Origin: Candidatus Multivoradales bacterium
Lineage (GTDB): Bacteria; Acidobacteriota; Thermoanaerobaculia; Multivoradales; Multivoraceae
Assembly: GCA_965223325.1 (NCBI GenBank)
Contig: CBDCWI010000002.1
Span: 3,264,001 to 3,328,000, forward strand
Reading direction: 5' to 3'
Length of the DNA stretch: 64,000 bases
The notes below the pieces were generated by a model, which was not told where the DNA came from, searched no databases, and saw only the letters and a program-made list of their open reading frames with translations. Position 1 is the first letter of the stretch, and every line of letters begins with the position of its first letter. Shown here piece by piece: positions 27,402 through 37,662 of this stretch. The position numbers and the translations under genes are program-made.

Positions 27402-28148
27402 ATGAGTGACAAGAAAACACCCGAGGCCGCCGCTGCCCCCGTCAAGAAGGGCGGCACGATCGATCCGATGGCCCGCAACGACGGCACGCAGTTGACGGCA
27501 TCCGAGATGCTGCTCCTCGAAGATGCACAGGACTCGCGTAATCTCATGTACGCGATCATCCCTGCGGTGATCTTCCACGCGCTTCTCCTGGTGATGAACT
27601 TCCCGAACCTGTTTCCGGAACCGAAGGCCGAAGCCGAAAAGCCGAAGGTCTACGTCGTCCAGCCGGTGCGCTTCAAGCCGCCACCGCCGAAGCAGGAGCA
27701 GCAGCTTCCGAAACCGAAGGCGAAGAAGGTCCCCATCCCGGATCCCACTCCGGATGAGCCTGAACCAATTCGGATCGAGGAGCCGGAAGAGTTCGAGATT
27801 CCCGATGTCGACGACCTCGTTCTCGGAATCCCCGAAGCACCGCCGCCCGTCAACACCGGGCCGATTCACGTCACCGGTGATGTGCAAAAGCCCGAGAAGC
27901 TGAGTGCACCACAGCCGCAGTACACCGAGATCGCCCGCAAGGCGCGCATCCAGGGTGTCGTCATCTTGCAGGCGATCATCGACGAGCAAGGCAACGTCAC
28001 CAACGTCAAGGTTCTCAAGGGGTTGCCCATGGGGCTCTCCGAAGAAGCCGAACGCGCGGTCTCGCAATGGCAGTTCAAGCCCGCGACCCTCAACGGTCGT
28101 CCGGTGGCTGTCTATTTCAACCTGACCGTCAACTTCCAGCTCCAGTAG
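27402..28148 (+). CDS. tonB: TonB family energy transducer
   Basis: TM with His (VIFHALL), Pro-rich linker, TonB_C PQYTEIARKARIQGVV...WQFKPA..NGRPV. Confidence 0.92.
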   Translation: MSDKKTPEAAAAPVKKGGTIDPMARNDGTQLTASEMLLLEDAQDSRNLMYAIIPAVIFHALLLVMNFPNLFPEPKAEAEKPKVYVVQPVRFKPPPPKQEQQLPKPKAKKVPIPDPTPDEPEPIRIEEPEEFEIPDVDDLVLGIPEAPPPVNTGPIHVTGDVQKPEKLSAPQPQYTEIARKARIQGVVILQAIIDEQGNVTNVKVLKGLPMGLSEEAERAVSQWQFKPATLNGRPVAVYFNLTVNFQLQ

Positions 28149-28202
28149 GGCCCACGAGGCTCCCCACTATTCCTTGATGTCAGAGCGGGGACCGGTAGCT
28201 CC

Positions 28203-29045
28203 ATGACCTTCCAGGGGTCACTCGCCGAGCTACCGCTCCCCGACATCATTCAGCTGGTCGCGGTCTCCGGCAAGACCGGACGCTTTGATCTCACGCACGA
28301 ACGTGAGCATGGGCAGATCTTTGTCCAGGACGGGCAGATCGTGCACGCGCGAACCGGCAACCTCGCCGGAGAGGAAGCGGTCTACGAACTCGCGATCTGG
28401 CCGATCGGCGACTTCGTCTTCACGCAAGACCGAGTTCCCCGCACGGTCACGATCGAGAAGTCGAACACCAACCTGCTCATGGAAGCAGCGAGGCGCATCG
28501 ACGAATGGCAGGTCCTCTCCAAAAGGATCCCGTCGGCGCGCAAGGTGCCCGTGTTCAAGGATCGTTACACCGCACCGGTGTCGCTGTCACCTGGCGAGTG
28601 GGCCGTCGTCTCGAAGATCGACGGCAGGCGAACGATCGAGGAGATCTCTGCCGCGCTTGCCCAGTCTCCGTTCGAAACCTGCAAGCACCTCTACGGCCTC
28701 ATCACCTCTGGTCTGGTCGCACTCGGCGAAGACCTCAGTGAGCGTTTCGGCGCCCGCATCGCCGCGCTCACCGAAGAGAGAGCTCGGGACCTGATCGAGA
28801 CTCTCTACCGACAGACCAAGGAGCGCCTCGAGCAGCCGCTTCCCGACCGGCCGGTAGATTCAGACCCTGCCGCCACCGACGACCTCGGGCGCGCCTTGCA
28901 GGCCGCTCAGGTGTTGCTACAGAACGGGCGTCCCGCCGACGCGGCCTACATGATGCTACGAGCAGCAGAACGTGCCATCGCCGACAACCTTGGAGATCGT
29001 GAGCTGGAGGAGTTTCTCGACCGCACCCACGCCCAGTTGCCTTGA
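28203..29045 (+). CDS. DUF4388 (PATAN-like) domain protein with winged helix
   Basis: FQGSLAELPLPDIIQL...KTG, G.F.F, NLLMEAARRIDE, IDGRRTIEEI...LYGLITSGLV. Confidence 0.85.
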   Translation: MTFQGSLAELPLPDIIQLVAVSGKTGRFDLTHEREHGQIFVQDGQIVHARTGNLAGEEAVYELAIWPIGDFVFTQDRVPRTVTIEKSNTNLLMEAARRIDEWQVLSKRIPSARKVPVFKDRYTAPVSLSPGEWAVVSKIDGRRTIEEISAALAQSPFETCKHLYGLITSGLVALGEDLSERFGARIAALTEERARDLIETLYRQTKERLEQPLPDRPVDSDPAATDDLGRALQAAQVLLQNGRPADAAYMMLRAAERAIADNLGDRELEEFLDRTHAQLP

Positions 29046-29296
29046 GGGCCACCTGGCGGAATTCCAGACCCCAGACCCCGCGTTCCGCTGATTGCCACCT
29101 ATTGAGGCGGACCAGGGGGCGCCGGCGAGGTCGCGCAGTGGGAAGAACCTCTACTCATCGCATACAATCTATGGTTCATCAACAAACAACCTCCGACACT
29201 CATCGGAACCACGCCCTGAAACGCTCTTGTCTGAGCGCCTCGGGGATCGAGAATTGCGCCCTGTCTGGGAAGCGCAATAGAAAGGAGACCCCCACC

Positions 29297-30442
29297 ATGC
29301 GCAAGATCCTCTCCCTCGGCATCGCGGCATTCGTGCTGCTGGCGCTTCCCGCAACGGCCGCCGACTGGCAGGCTGGCGTCGACGCTCTCCAGAGCGGTAA
29401 CTACGGTGAAGCCATCAAGCAGTTCAAGGAGCTCGTCGACCTTCAGGACGACCAATACCAGAACCACATGATGCTGGGCCAGGCGCTGCTCAAGAACGGC
29501 CAGGCCGGCGAGGCCGCCGCTTCACTCAAACGCGCCCTCGAGCTCAAGCCGGGGGACGCGGGCATCACGGTCGCGCTAGGCCAGTCGCTTTCGAAGTCGG
29601 GCAAGTATCGCGACTGCGTGAACCTGTTCAACAACGCCAACGTCGGTTCTTTCCCGGCCAATCTTCAAGGTCCCGCTCATCAGATCAAGGCCGGCTGCTC
29701 GCAGAAGGGCGGCGGCGACGCGACGGCCGACCTGCGGGCTCTGGCCCAGGCGAAGCCCAACGACGCGACCGCTCAATACGCCTACGGTACGGCAGCACTT
29801 GCCAGCAACCAGACAGATGCGGCCATCGCTGCACTCTCCAAGGCGGTCCAACTCGACCCGCAGCCCAAGTACCGCAAGGCCTACGTCGACGCGCTGAAGC
29901 TCAAGGCGCGCCGGGCGCAAGGCAGCGCCAAGACCAGCGCCTACCAGACCGCCGTTCAGCAGGCGCAGGCACTCGTCTCGGCGAGTGGCACTCACGGCAA
30001 CCTGCTCACCCTCGGCGAGGTCCAGATGGGCGCCAAGATGTATGACCCGGCGATCTCCACCTTCAAGAAGGCACAGGCCGCCCAGTCCAGCGACTGGTTC
30101 GCGCCCTACTACCTGGGCCAGGCCTACGCCGCTTCGGGCCGCTACACGGAAGCTGAAGCCCCCTTGCAGACCGCTCTGCGGCTGGCCTCAGGTAATAACC
30201 GCGCCAAGGTCAACAGCCAGCTCGGCTTTGTCTATGCCAAGCAGAAGCGCTACGACGAAGCGGTTGCCGCATACAACGCGGCCGGCGAGCCTGGCAAGGC
30301 GGCGGGCGTTCTCGAGAACAAGAACATCGCCGCCGAGAACGCCGAGGCCGATGCGCACAACGAGAAGGTCCGCCAGCTCCAGGAACAGCGCGACAAGCTG
30401 CGTGATCAACTCGACAACCCGGTCGTCGAGCCTCCCTTCTAG
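29297..30442 (+). CDS. Exported TPR-repeat protein
   Basis: AAAGGAG RBS, signal peptide (LPATA|AD), multiple TPRs. Confidence 0.88.
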   Translation: MRKILSLGIAAFVLLALPATAADWQAGVDALQSGNYGEAIKQFKELVDLQDDQYQNHMMLGQALLKNGQAGEAAASLKRALELKPGDAGITVALGQSLSKSGKYRDCVNLFNNANVGSFPANLQGPAHQIKAGCSQKGGGDATADLRALAQAKPNDATAQYAYGTAALASNQTDAAIAALSKAVQLDPQPKYRKAYVDALKLKARRAQGSAKTSAYQTAVQQAQALVSASGTHGNLLTLGEVQMGAKMYDPAISTFKKAQAAQSSDWFAPYYLGQAYAASGRYTEAEAPLQTALRLASGNNRAKVNSQLGFVYAKQKRYDEAVAAYNAAGEPGKAAGVLENKNIAAENAEADAHNEKVRQLQEQRDKLRDQLDNPVVEPPF

Positions 30443-30479
30443 CAAAGAAGGCCGCGGCTCATCGCCACGACCACGACAC

Positions 30480-30507
30480 GAAAGGGCCTCCTCATGGAGG
30501 CCCTTTC
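30480..30507. terminator. Probable bidirectional terminator between the TPR gene and ftsX
   Basis: GAAAGGGCCTCC-TCAT-GGAGGCCCTTTC, a 12-bp perfect stem between convergent genes. Confidence 0.75.
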
Positions 30508-30563
30508 TGTTGGCAGACGCTTCCCTGGCGCGCAGGGAAAACCTCGCGACCTCGACCAGCGCC

Positions 30564-31475
30564 TTACTCCTCGATGCGCAGATTCTCTCGGCGTAGCGAC
30601 AACACCGCACCGAAGGCACCCGCCAGGGCGCCGAGCAACACCACGGCGAGCTGACCGCTCCAGGCGAGCGGCTCGAACTGGAGAAACGGCAGCCACGGCG
30701 ACGCACCGGCCTGTGCCGCCAACCCCGCCTGTACGCCCCGCAGCCCGAGGAGCGCGAACAGGCCGCCGAGGGCACCCTGCAGTGCGGCCTCGAAATAGAA
30801 CGGCCCACGAATGTAGAACTCCGTCGCACCGACCATTCGCATGACCGCGATTTCGTCGAGGTATCTGAACGCGGCGAGTCGAATCACGCCTGCCGTTGTG
30901 AGCACCGCGGCCAGAAGGAGCGCCACCGACAAAGCCACGCCAACGGCACGGACAATCGAAAGCAATCGCGCCATCTGGCCAAGCCACTGGCGATCATCAT
31001 CGACCATCGAAACAACCGGCATGGCGAGCAGGGCAGTGGACCACTCAGCGAACGCTGCTTCATCGATCGCAGCTGGCTCGAGAGTCGCCTCGAGCGAGGC
31101 CGGAAAGGGAGAGCTCCCGACCTCTTCGGCGACGTCCGAAAGCCCTGGATATGCCTGGGAGAAGCGGAGAACGGCCGCTTCGGCGGTGGTCTCAGAAACG
31201 TCGCGGACCCAGGCCGCCTCGGAAACCCGAGCATGGACCTCGCGAGCCGCTTCCGAACCGAGGTCCTCACCAGGTTCGAGGTAGATCACAACAACCGGAT
31301 CGCCGCTCAACTTCTCGAGACCCGCACCAAGGCTCTTGGTCACCGAGTAGAATAGTCCGCTCACAAAAAGCCCGAGGGCGATCGTCAGGATCGCAACCAG
31401 ACTGGTGCGCCAGTCGCGCAACATTCCGATTGCGGCCTCACGCAGGAAGTAGAGGGTCGCCTGCCAGAAGTTCAC
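30564..31475 (-). CDS. ftsX: Cell division permease FtsX
   Basis: [35 protein letters not shown], 4 TM; coupled to ftsE. Confidence 0.92.
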   Translation of the reverse strand: MNFWQATLYFLREAAIGMLRDWRTSLVAILTIALGLFVSGLFYSVTKSLGAGLEKLSGDPVVVIYLEPGEDLGSEAAREVHARVSEAAWVRDVSETTAEAAVLRFSQAYPGLSDVAEEVGSSPFPASLEATLEPAAIDEAAFAEWSTALLAMPVVSMVDDDRQWLGQMARLLSIVRAVGVALSVALLLAAVLTTAGVIRLAAFRYLDEIAVMRMVGATEFYIRGPFYFEAALQGALGGLFALLGLRGVQAGLAAQAGASPWLPFLQFEPLAWSGQLAVVLLGALAGAFGAVLSLRRENLRIEE

Positions 31476-32233
31476 GCCCCCGACACCTCAGGCTCCTCCG
31501 GGGCGCCGGGCATCGCGGCGCCTTCGAAGAGCCTCAAGGTCTCCTGGAGATCGAGATCCAGCTCGCCCTCGAGCTGGCGATCATCTTCCAGACGACCGGA
31601 CACCAGGGTCAGCACCCGCCCGCCGGTGCGCTGGATGGTGTCGCGATCGTGGGTTGCCAGAACAACCGTGGTGCCGCGAAGGTTGATCGCCAGGAAGAGT
31701 TTGAGGATCTCAGCCGAAAGGTCGGGATCGAGGTTGCCGGTGGGTTCATCGGCGATCAAGATCTCGGGCTCGTTGATCAGAGCGCGCGCAATCGCCACAC
31801 GCTGCTGCTCGCCGCCCGACAGTTCGAGTGGAAAGGCGTTCAGGCGATGGGCCAGACCTACCCTTCGAAGGGCCTGAAAGGCCATGACCTTCTGCTTACG
31901 CATGGAGAGACCGATGAGGCGAGGCAGGTAGACGACGTTTTCGAAGACCGTCTTGCGCGAGATCAATCGGAAATCCTGAAACACCACCCCGATCGTTCGT
32001 CGGAGGTAGGGAACCTTGACCGCAGGCAGGCTGGCGACGTTGCGGCCATTCACCAGGATCTGACCGTCGCTGGGAACATCTTCGCGGTAGATCAGCTTCA
32101 GGAGCGTCGTCTTGCCGGCACCCGACGGTCCCGTGAGAAAGACGAACGAGCCCCGTGGGATCTCGAAGGAGACATCGTCGAGGGCCTGCTGTCCTCCCGG
32201 ATAGCGCTTCGAGACATGAAAGAACTGAATCAA
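31472..32233 (-). CDS. ftsE: Cell division ATP-binding protein FtsE
   Basis: [45 protein letters not shown]. Confidence 0.95.
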   Translation of the reverse strand: MIQFFHVSKRYPGGQQALDDVSFEIPRGSFVFLTGPSGAGKTTLLKLIYREDVPSDGQILVNGRNVASLPAVKVPYLRRTIGVVFQDFRLISRKTVFENVVYLPRLIGLSMRKQKVMAFQALRRVGLAHRLNAFPLELSGGEQQRVAIARALINEPEILIADEPTGNLDPDLSAEILKLFLAINLRGTTVVLATHDRDTIQRTGGRVLTLVSGRLEDDRQLEGELDLDLQETLRLFEGAAMPGAPEEPEVSGA

Positions 32234-32266
32234 GGAGGTGCCCTTCGGTGGTGCCCTTCGGAAGGA

Positions 32267-33844
32267 TCAGGCTTCCGGTTCTTCGCCCGCGGCTCCGGCC
32301 TGCTCGAGCACCATCTCGCGTGCCCGAGCCGGATCGGCACGCCCCGCCGAGGCCTTCATCACTTGACCAACGAGAAACCCGACCACCTTCGCCTTGCCCG
32401 CCCGAAGTTCGGCGACGGGGCCCGGATTGTCGTTGATCGCCTGCAGAACCCATTCGAGAAGTGCCGCTTGATCACGAACCTGGAGAAGACCGAGCCGCGC
32501 GACCACCTGCTGCGGCTGTTCTCCTTCGGCAGAACCCCACAGCGCAGAGAAGACCTCCTTCGCAGCACTGCCAGAGACTCTGCCGTCGTCGACCATCGCG
32601 ACCAGCTGGGCCAGTGAGGCGGCCGGTAGATCAGACTCCGGATCTTCGCCACCCTCGCGTAGGCGCAACACCTCGGTCATGATCCAGTTGGCAAGGCCCT
32701 TCGGGTTGGAAGAATGCCCGGCAACCGCGCGCTCGAAGTAGTCCGCCAGGACACGGTCAGAGGTGAGCAGGCGAGCGTCCTCCTCAGACAGTCCGAAAAC
32801 CGCTTCGAATCGCTGTCGACGATCCCAGGGCAGTTCCGGGACCTCGCGTCGACGTTCCTTGATGCGCTCTTTTGTAAGCACCAGGGGCGCGAGATCGGGC
32901 TCCGGAAAGTAGCGGTAGTCGTGTGCCTCTTCCTTGCCGCGCATCGAGCGGGTCACGCCGCGAGCCGGATCGAAGGTGCGCGTTTCCTGGCTGATCACGC
33001 CACCTGACTCGATGATGTCGATCTGGCGCGCGACCTCGAACTCGATTGCCCGCGCTACGTGACGGAAGGAGTTGAGGTTCTTCACCTCAGCCTTGGTTCC
33101 GAGCTGCTCGGCACCGCGCCGCTTGACCGAAACGTTGGCATCACAGCGCAAGGAACCCTCCTCCATGTTGCCGTCGGAGGTTTGAGTGTAGAGAAGCACC
33201 CGATGCAACGTCCGGAGGTAGTCTTCTGCCTCCTCCGCCGAGCGGATCTCGGGCTCGGTCACGATCTCGACCAGCGGAACGCCACAGCGATTGAAATCCA
33301 CCAGGCTCTGACCGGGCAGTTGACCGCCTCCCGGCGTCTCGTGCAGAAGCTTGCCCGCGTCTTCTTCGAGGTGTATCCGATGAATACGAACCGAGCCCGG
33401 GTGATCGGTGAGTGGCAGCTTTCCGTTGCTCGCCAGCGGCTTGTCGTATTGGCTGATCTGGTAGCCCTTGGGTAGATCAGCGTAGAAGTAATTCTTGCGC
33501 GAGAACACCGAGGTCTCGGCGACTTCACAGCCGAGCGCGAAGGCCAGGAGGACCGCCAGGTCGACCGCCTCGCGGTTGAGTACCGGCAGGGTGCCCGGGT
33601 AGCCGAGACACACCGCGCAGGTCACAGCGTTAGGCTCGGCACCGAAATGGTTTTCACAACGGCAGAAGATCTTCGTGCGCGTGCGCAGCTGCACATGCAC
33701 CTCGAGCCCGATCACCGGCTCCCAGGCATGCGCCTCGGGGTCCTCGGACATCTCCACAGCATCGAGCGCTGGCGTTCGTCGCGAGCCGGCACTGTTGCCT
33801 GGCGCAGCCGCTCGCTGCGGCGCTATGTCGTCGGGGCCCGCCAT
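32267..33844 (-). CDS. gatB: Asp/Glu-tRNA amidotransferase subunit B (alternative start 33751)
   Basis: IGLEVHVQL, RKNYFYADLPKGYQISQ, HLEEDAGK, LRCDANVS, DYRYFPEPDL, FLVGQVMK. Confidence 0.96.
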   Translation of the reverse strand: MAGPDDIAPQRAAAPGNSAGSRRTPALDAVEMSEDPEAHAWEPVIGLEVHVQLRTRTKIFCRCENHFGAEPNAVTCAVCLGYPGTLPVLNREAVDLAVLLAFALGCEVAETSVFSRKNYFYADLPKGYQISQYDKPLASNGKLPLTDHPGSVRIHRIHLEEDAGKLLHETPGGGQLPGQSLVDFNRCGVPLVEIVTEPEIRSAEEAEDYLRTLHRVLLYTQTSDGNMEEGSLRCDANVSVKRRGAEQLGTKAEVKNLNSFRHVARAIEFEVARQIDIIESGGVISQETRTFDPARGVTRSMRGKEEAHDYRYFPEPDLAPLVLTKERIKERRREVPELPWDRRQRFEAVFGLSEEDARLLTSDRVLADYFERAVAGHSSNPKGLANWIMTEVLRLREGGEDPESDLPAASLAQLVAMVDDGRVSGSAAKEVFSALWGSAEGEQPQQVVARLGLLQVRDQAALLEWVLQAINDNPGPVAELRAGKAKVVGFLVGQVMKASAGRADPARAREMVLEQAGAAGEEPEA

Positions 33845-33906
33845 GGTGCGGGGAGTCTAGCGCAGCACCCGGAGCGTAACCTGGCCGCCAGGGCGGCCCA
33901 GAGACC

Positions 33907-34608
33907 ATGAAGTCGGCGAGCCTCTTGAGGGAACGCGCCGAGGTTCGGGTGTTGTTTCTCCCCGATGGCCCCGCGGCTCCAGAGAACGATCGCAGGCGCG
34001 TCGAGGCGGCATTCAAAACGGGCTGCCTCGACTCGGAAGGCAGAACGATTCAGGTGGTGAGAAACCGACAGGTTCACTCGAACACCATCGTAAGGGCTAA
34101 GGGCCCGCGCGCGACAGATCGGCAAGCACCTCAGGAAGCTGACGGTCTGCAGACCACTGCCGATCAGCTCGCACTTTGTGTATACACAGCCGACTGCGTC
34201 CCGATCCTCCTTTCCGGAAAGAGTCAAATGCTCGCGATTCATGCTGGCTGGCGTGGCTTGGCGGCCGGCATCGTCGGCAAAGCCGTGGCGCTCCTCGAGG
34301 AGCCCGGTGCGGCCCATGCCTGGATCGGGCCAGCCATCCGGGCCTGTTGCTATGAAGTCGACGAGGACGTCGCACGCCGGGTTGCTGAAGCCACCGGACC
34401 CGAGGTCATCGTGGGCCCTCCAGGCCACCCCAAGCCGCACCTCGATCTCCAGGCGGCCGCACACCACTCCCTCGAGTGCGGGGGGCTATCGTCGATCGAG
34501 ACGATCCCGATGTGCACCCTCTGTGACGACGCAAAGCGCTGGGCGAGCTACCGCCGCGACGGACCCGGCGGCGGCCGCAACCTCGCCTTGATCTGGCGCC
34601 AGCCTTAG
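33907..34608 (+). CDS. pgeF: YfiH/PgeF polyphenol-oxidase-like family protein
   Basis: QVHS, EADGL, TADCVPIL, HAGWRG, IGPAI..CCYEV, SYRRDG. Confidence 0.92.
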   Translation: MKSASLLRERAEVRVLFLPDGPAAPENDRRRVEAAFKTGCLDSEGRTIQVVRNRQVHSNTIVRAKGPRATDRQAPQEADGLQTTADQLALCVYTADCVPILLSGKSQMLAIHAGWRGLAAGIVGKAVALLEEPGAAHAWIGPAIRACCYEVDEDVARRVAEATGPEVIVGPPGHPKPHLDLQAAAHHSLECGGLSSIETIPMCTLCDDAKRWASYRRDGPGGGRNLALIWRQP

Positions 34609-34624
34609 GTGCCGCCGGCGGGCC

Positions 34625-35728
34625 TCAAACGGCGGGCGCGTCCACCTTGGCAGCCGGGCCACGAGGCTGTCGCCCGAATGCCCGCAGTTGGCCACACGCC
34701 GCGCTGACGTCTTCACCACGAGGTCGGCGCACGGGAGCGACGATGCCACGGGCCTCGAGCGCCCTTTGAAACTCGAGGACCCGACCAAAGGGAGGCGGCG
34801 CCAGGTCGCCGAGGACCGGATCGGGGTTGAGTGGAATCAAGTTGATCTTCGCTGGCAAGCCTTCGAGCAGGCACTCGAGGCGCGCCGCGTCGCGAGGATC
34901 GTCGTTGAAGTCGCGTATCAGGGTGTACTCGAAGGTGATCAGCCGACCACGCTCGAGTGGATAGCGCCGAATCGCCGCCAGCAACTCGGCAAGCGGCCAT
35001 TTGCGGTTGATCGGCATGAGCCGACTGCGCCGCTCGTCGTCGGGAGCGTGCAGTGAAATCGCCAGGTTCGGTCGCCTGGGCCAGGCGGCCATCGCGTCAA
35101 TGCCCGGGACAACCCCAGCGGTCGACACCGTGACGCGGCGCCAGGAGATCGTCTCGGTCAAGAGAACGAGGGCACGGTAGACGGCCTCGAGGTTGAGCAT
35201 GGGCTCGCCCATGCCCATGAACACCAGGTTGAGCCCCGCGTTCGGTGCGATTCCAGGAGGAACCGGCCCCGACTGCACCGCATGAACCTGGCCAACGATC
35301 TCGGCAGCAGTGAGGTCGCGGCCCGCACCCCAGTAGCCGGTCACACAAAACGCACACGCCAGGGCGCAGCCGGCCTGGCAGGAGACGCAGAGGGTCCTTC
35401 GGCCGCCGTCAGGAATGTCGACTGCCTCGATCGTCGCGCCATCGGCAAGGCGAAACAAGAGCTTCGAGGTCCCGTCTCGACTGGTCTGCCGCTCGTCGAC
35501 CTCCGGACGACCGATCGAGAAGGAAGCCGCCATGCGTTCTCGAAGATCGAGGGAGAGATCGGTCATCTCGTCAAACGACGACACCCGACGAACGTGCAGC
35601 GCACGAAAGATCTGTTCGATCCGAAAGGGTCTATCGATCACCTCGGCCAACAAGGTCGACAGCTCGGAGCGATCGAGTCCCAGAAGGCTCGGCCGATCCT
35701 CAGGCAGCTGAGCCGTAACCTCAGACAT
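34625..35728 (-). CDS. rlmN: Dual-specificity RNA methyltransferase (radical SAM)
   Basis: CVSCQAGCALACAFCVTG, FMGMGEPMLN, AISLHAP, NLIPLN, DVSAACGQL. Confidence 0.95.
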   Translation of the reverse strand: MSEVTAQLPEDRPSLLGLDRSELSTLLAEVIDRPFRIEQIFRALHVRRVSSFDEMTDLSLDLRERMAASFSIGRPEVDERQTSRDGTSKLLFRLADGATIEAVDIPDGGRRTLCVSCQAGCALACAFCVTGYWGAGRDLTAAEIVGQVHAVQSGPVPPGIAPNAGLNLVFMGMGEPMLNLEAVYRALVLLTETISWRRVTVSTAGVVPGIDAMAAWPRRPNLAISLHAPDDERRSRLMPINRKWPLAELLAAIRRYPLERGRLITFEYTLIRDFNDDPRDAARLECLLEGLPAKINLIPLNPDPVLGDLAPPPFGRVLEFQRALEARGIVAPVRRPRGEDVSAACGQLRAFGRQPRGPAAKVDAPAV

Positions 35729-35737
35729 ATCTGACGC

Positions 35738-36142
35738 TCAGTCGTCGCCGTCAGCAGTTTCGCCGGCGTCGGGAGCGATCTCTTCCCGACTGAGGAGCCG
35801 GCCACCCGAGCTCCCAGAAGACTTCCCGCGACGTCGCGTTCGCAGGCGACGGGTAGGGTCGATTCCAACCGATCGCAGGAAGGCCAGGTCTTCGCCGTTG
35901 ATCCGGAACTCAGGGCGACTGTTGCTATGAACCATGCGAAGGCTGCGTGGCGACAGGTCTTTGCGATCTTCGCGCGGGCCTTCGAGGTCCGGCTGACAGT
36001 CGAGCAGCAGATTGAGGGTGTACCCCTCCTCGCGGAGTCGATCAAGGTGCTCGTGCACATCGTCCGATTCACCGATCGCAGTATGGAGCGCGCGGCTCAG
36101 CTGTTCGAGTAGCTGGCGGATTTTCTCGTCGATGATGGCCAT
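35738..36142 (-). CDS. Small hypothetical protein
   Basis: ATG 36142 with GGAG RBS; LSRALHTAIGES...FRINGEDLAFLRSVGI; closely spaced upstream of rlmN. Confidence 0.65.
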   Translation of the reverse strand: MAIIDEKIRQLLEQLSRALHTAIGESDDVHEHLDRLREEGYTLNLLLDCQPDLEGPREDRKDLSPRSLRMVHSNSRPEFRINGEDLAFLRSVGIDPTRRLRTRRRGKSSGSSGGRLLSREEIAPDAGETADGDD

Positions 36143-36338
36143 GAGATCGCTCCGGTGAACGCGCATCTGCTTGGCCACTCCGCATCATCACGAGCAACAT
36201 GCGAGGGGCAACTGAGCGTGGTCCGGACCCACAATTATCCCGCCTCCCACGAGAGGGTGTCAAACCCGTCAACGCCGCGGGTTGCCTGTCGGCGGGGTTG
36301 CACATGAAGGTGCGCCCCGGGCTGCTAGGGTTCGCGGA

Positions 36339-37373
36339 ATGAACGCGGAGGTCGGGATCGACGTGCGGGCCGAACTCGACGGGTGGCTACGCGAACTCGG
36401 TCTGATGACCAAGGACATCGAGGCGTTGGCCGGCGACGTCTCGGTGCGCAGCTACTACCGAGTCGAGCTCGCCGATGGGCGCCGCCTGATAGCAGCCCAC
36501 CATCCACCAGCGATTCGTGATGCTCTCGATCGCTTCCTTTCGTCAACCCGTCTTCTGCAGGCCGCAGACGTTCCAGTTCCGACCATCGAAGCTGCCGACC
36601 CTGCGCGCGGTCTCTTGCTGCTGGCGGACCTGGGTGACCGAACGCTCTACGACGTCGTTGGCACTCTCGACGAGGGCGAGCGCGAGGGGTTGTTCGACGA
36701 GGCCCTGCGAACGGCGCTAGAGCTGATCGCCCGCATCCAGAACAATGTTTCGGCAAAGGCATGCGCGGCGCTCAATCCGCCACTCGATCGCGAGCTTCTG
36801 GCCCGTGAACTCGACCAGACCTGGGAGGTTTTCCTCGAACGGCACCTCCAACTGGACCGAGCGACGGGCTTCGGCCGTGCCCTGGATGCCTGGCTGAACC
36901 AGCAGATCGACTGCCTCGCAGAATCTCCTTTCGTTCCCTGTCACCGCGATTTCATGGCGAGGAACATCTTGCCGGGCGACCCGACCCGCGGCGCGCGCCA
37001 GGTTCTCTACGTGATCGATCATCAGGACCTGCGCCTAGGACCGGCGACCTATGACGTCGCCTCTCTCTTCAACGACTCGGTCTATCCGCCTGTGGCCCTG
37101 GTCGAACGTCTTATCGAGGAAGCGCCCCTGGCGATCGACCGGCCCATGTACCTACGCTCGGTCGTCCAACGGGGGCTCAAGATCATCGGCACGTTTCATC
37201 GCTTCGCCGAGCGCGGCAGACCGCGCTACCTGGGTCTCGTGCCGCCGACTCTCGAACGGGTCTACCGAGCCATGCAGGACCTCGCCACCGGTGACGACGA
37301 TCTGGCATCGACCCTCGCCAGAGAGGCGCGACAGGCCACTGCCGGACTCGCGGACCTCGACTGGTACAGCTGA
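36339..37373 (+). CDS. APH-family sugar kinase, AmgK-like
   Basis: AGDVSVRSYYR, LADLGD, CHRDFMARNI, IDHQDLRLGP..YDVASL, QRGLKIIGTF. Confidence 0.85.
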   Translation: MNAEVGIDVRAELDGWLRELGLMTKDIEALAGDVSVRSYYRVELADGRRLIAAHHPPAIRDALDRFLSSTRLLQAADVPVPTIEAADPARGLLLLADLGDRTLYDVVGTLDEGEREGLFDEALRTALELIARIQNNVSAKACAALNPPLDRELLARELDQTWEVFLERHLQLDRATGFGRALDAWLNQQIDCLAESPFVPCHRDFMARNILPGDPTRGARQVLYVIDHQDLRLGPATYDVASLFNDSVYPPVALVERLIEEAPLAIDRPMYLRSVVQRGLKIIGTFHRFAERGRPRYLGLVPPTLERVYRAMQDLATGDDDLASTLAREARQATAGLADLDWYS

Positions 37374-37442
37374 GGTTTCCCTACCGCGTCCCCTGATAGA
37401 ATGAGTGATTCGTTCATGACCACCCCTTACTAGGAAGCCACG

Positions 37443-37634
37443 ATGTCTGTACTCGCCATCTTGTTCCCCCTCGGTCTGCCCGAGATGTTGGTTCTTTTCG
37501 GAATCCTGGTGCTGATCTTCGGCGCTTCGAGACTGCCACAGCTCGGCGCAGGAGTCGGCGAGGGGATCCGGAACTTCAAGAAGGGCCTCAAGGGCGACGA
37601 CGTGGACGACTCCGCCGCGCCGCGCTCCGAATAG
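37443..37634 (+). CDS. tatA: Twin-arginine translocase TatA/E
   Basis: GLPE, LIFGASRLPQLG...GIRNFKK. Confidence 0.93.
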   Translation: MSVLAILFPLGLPEMLVLFGILVLIFGASRLPQLGAGVGEGIRNFKKGLKGDDVDDSAAPRSE

Positions 37635-37662
37635 CTCTTAACCCTCGGCGGGCTTCTGGGGC

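Noticed and set aside
31151-32617. Long antisense ORFs (31151..32617, 40292..41521, 50658..52013, 53925..55046)
   Set aside because: They mirror well-supported genes on the other strand, as expected from GC3 bias, and carry no domain motifs.
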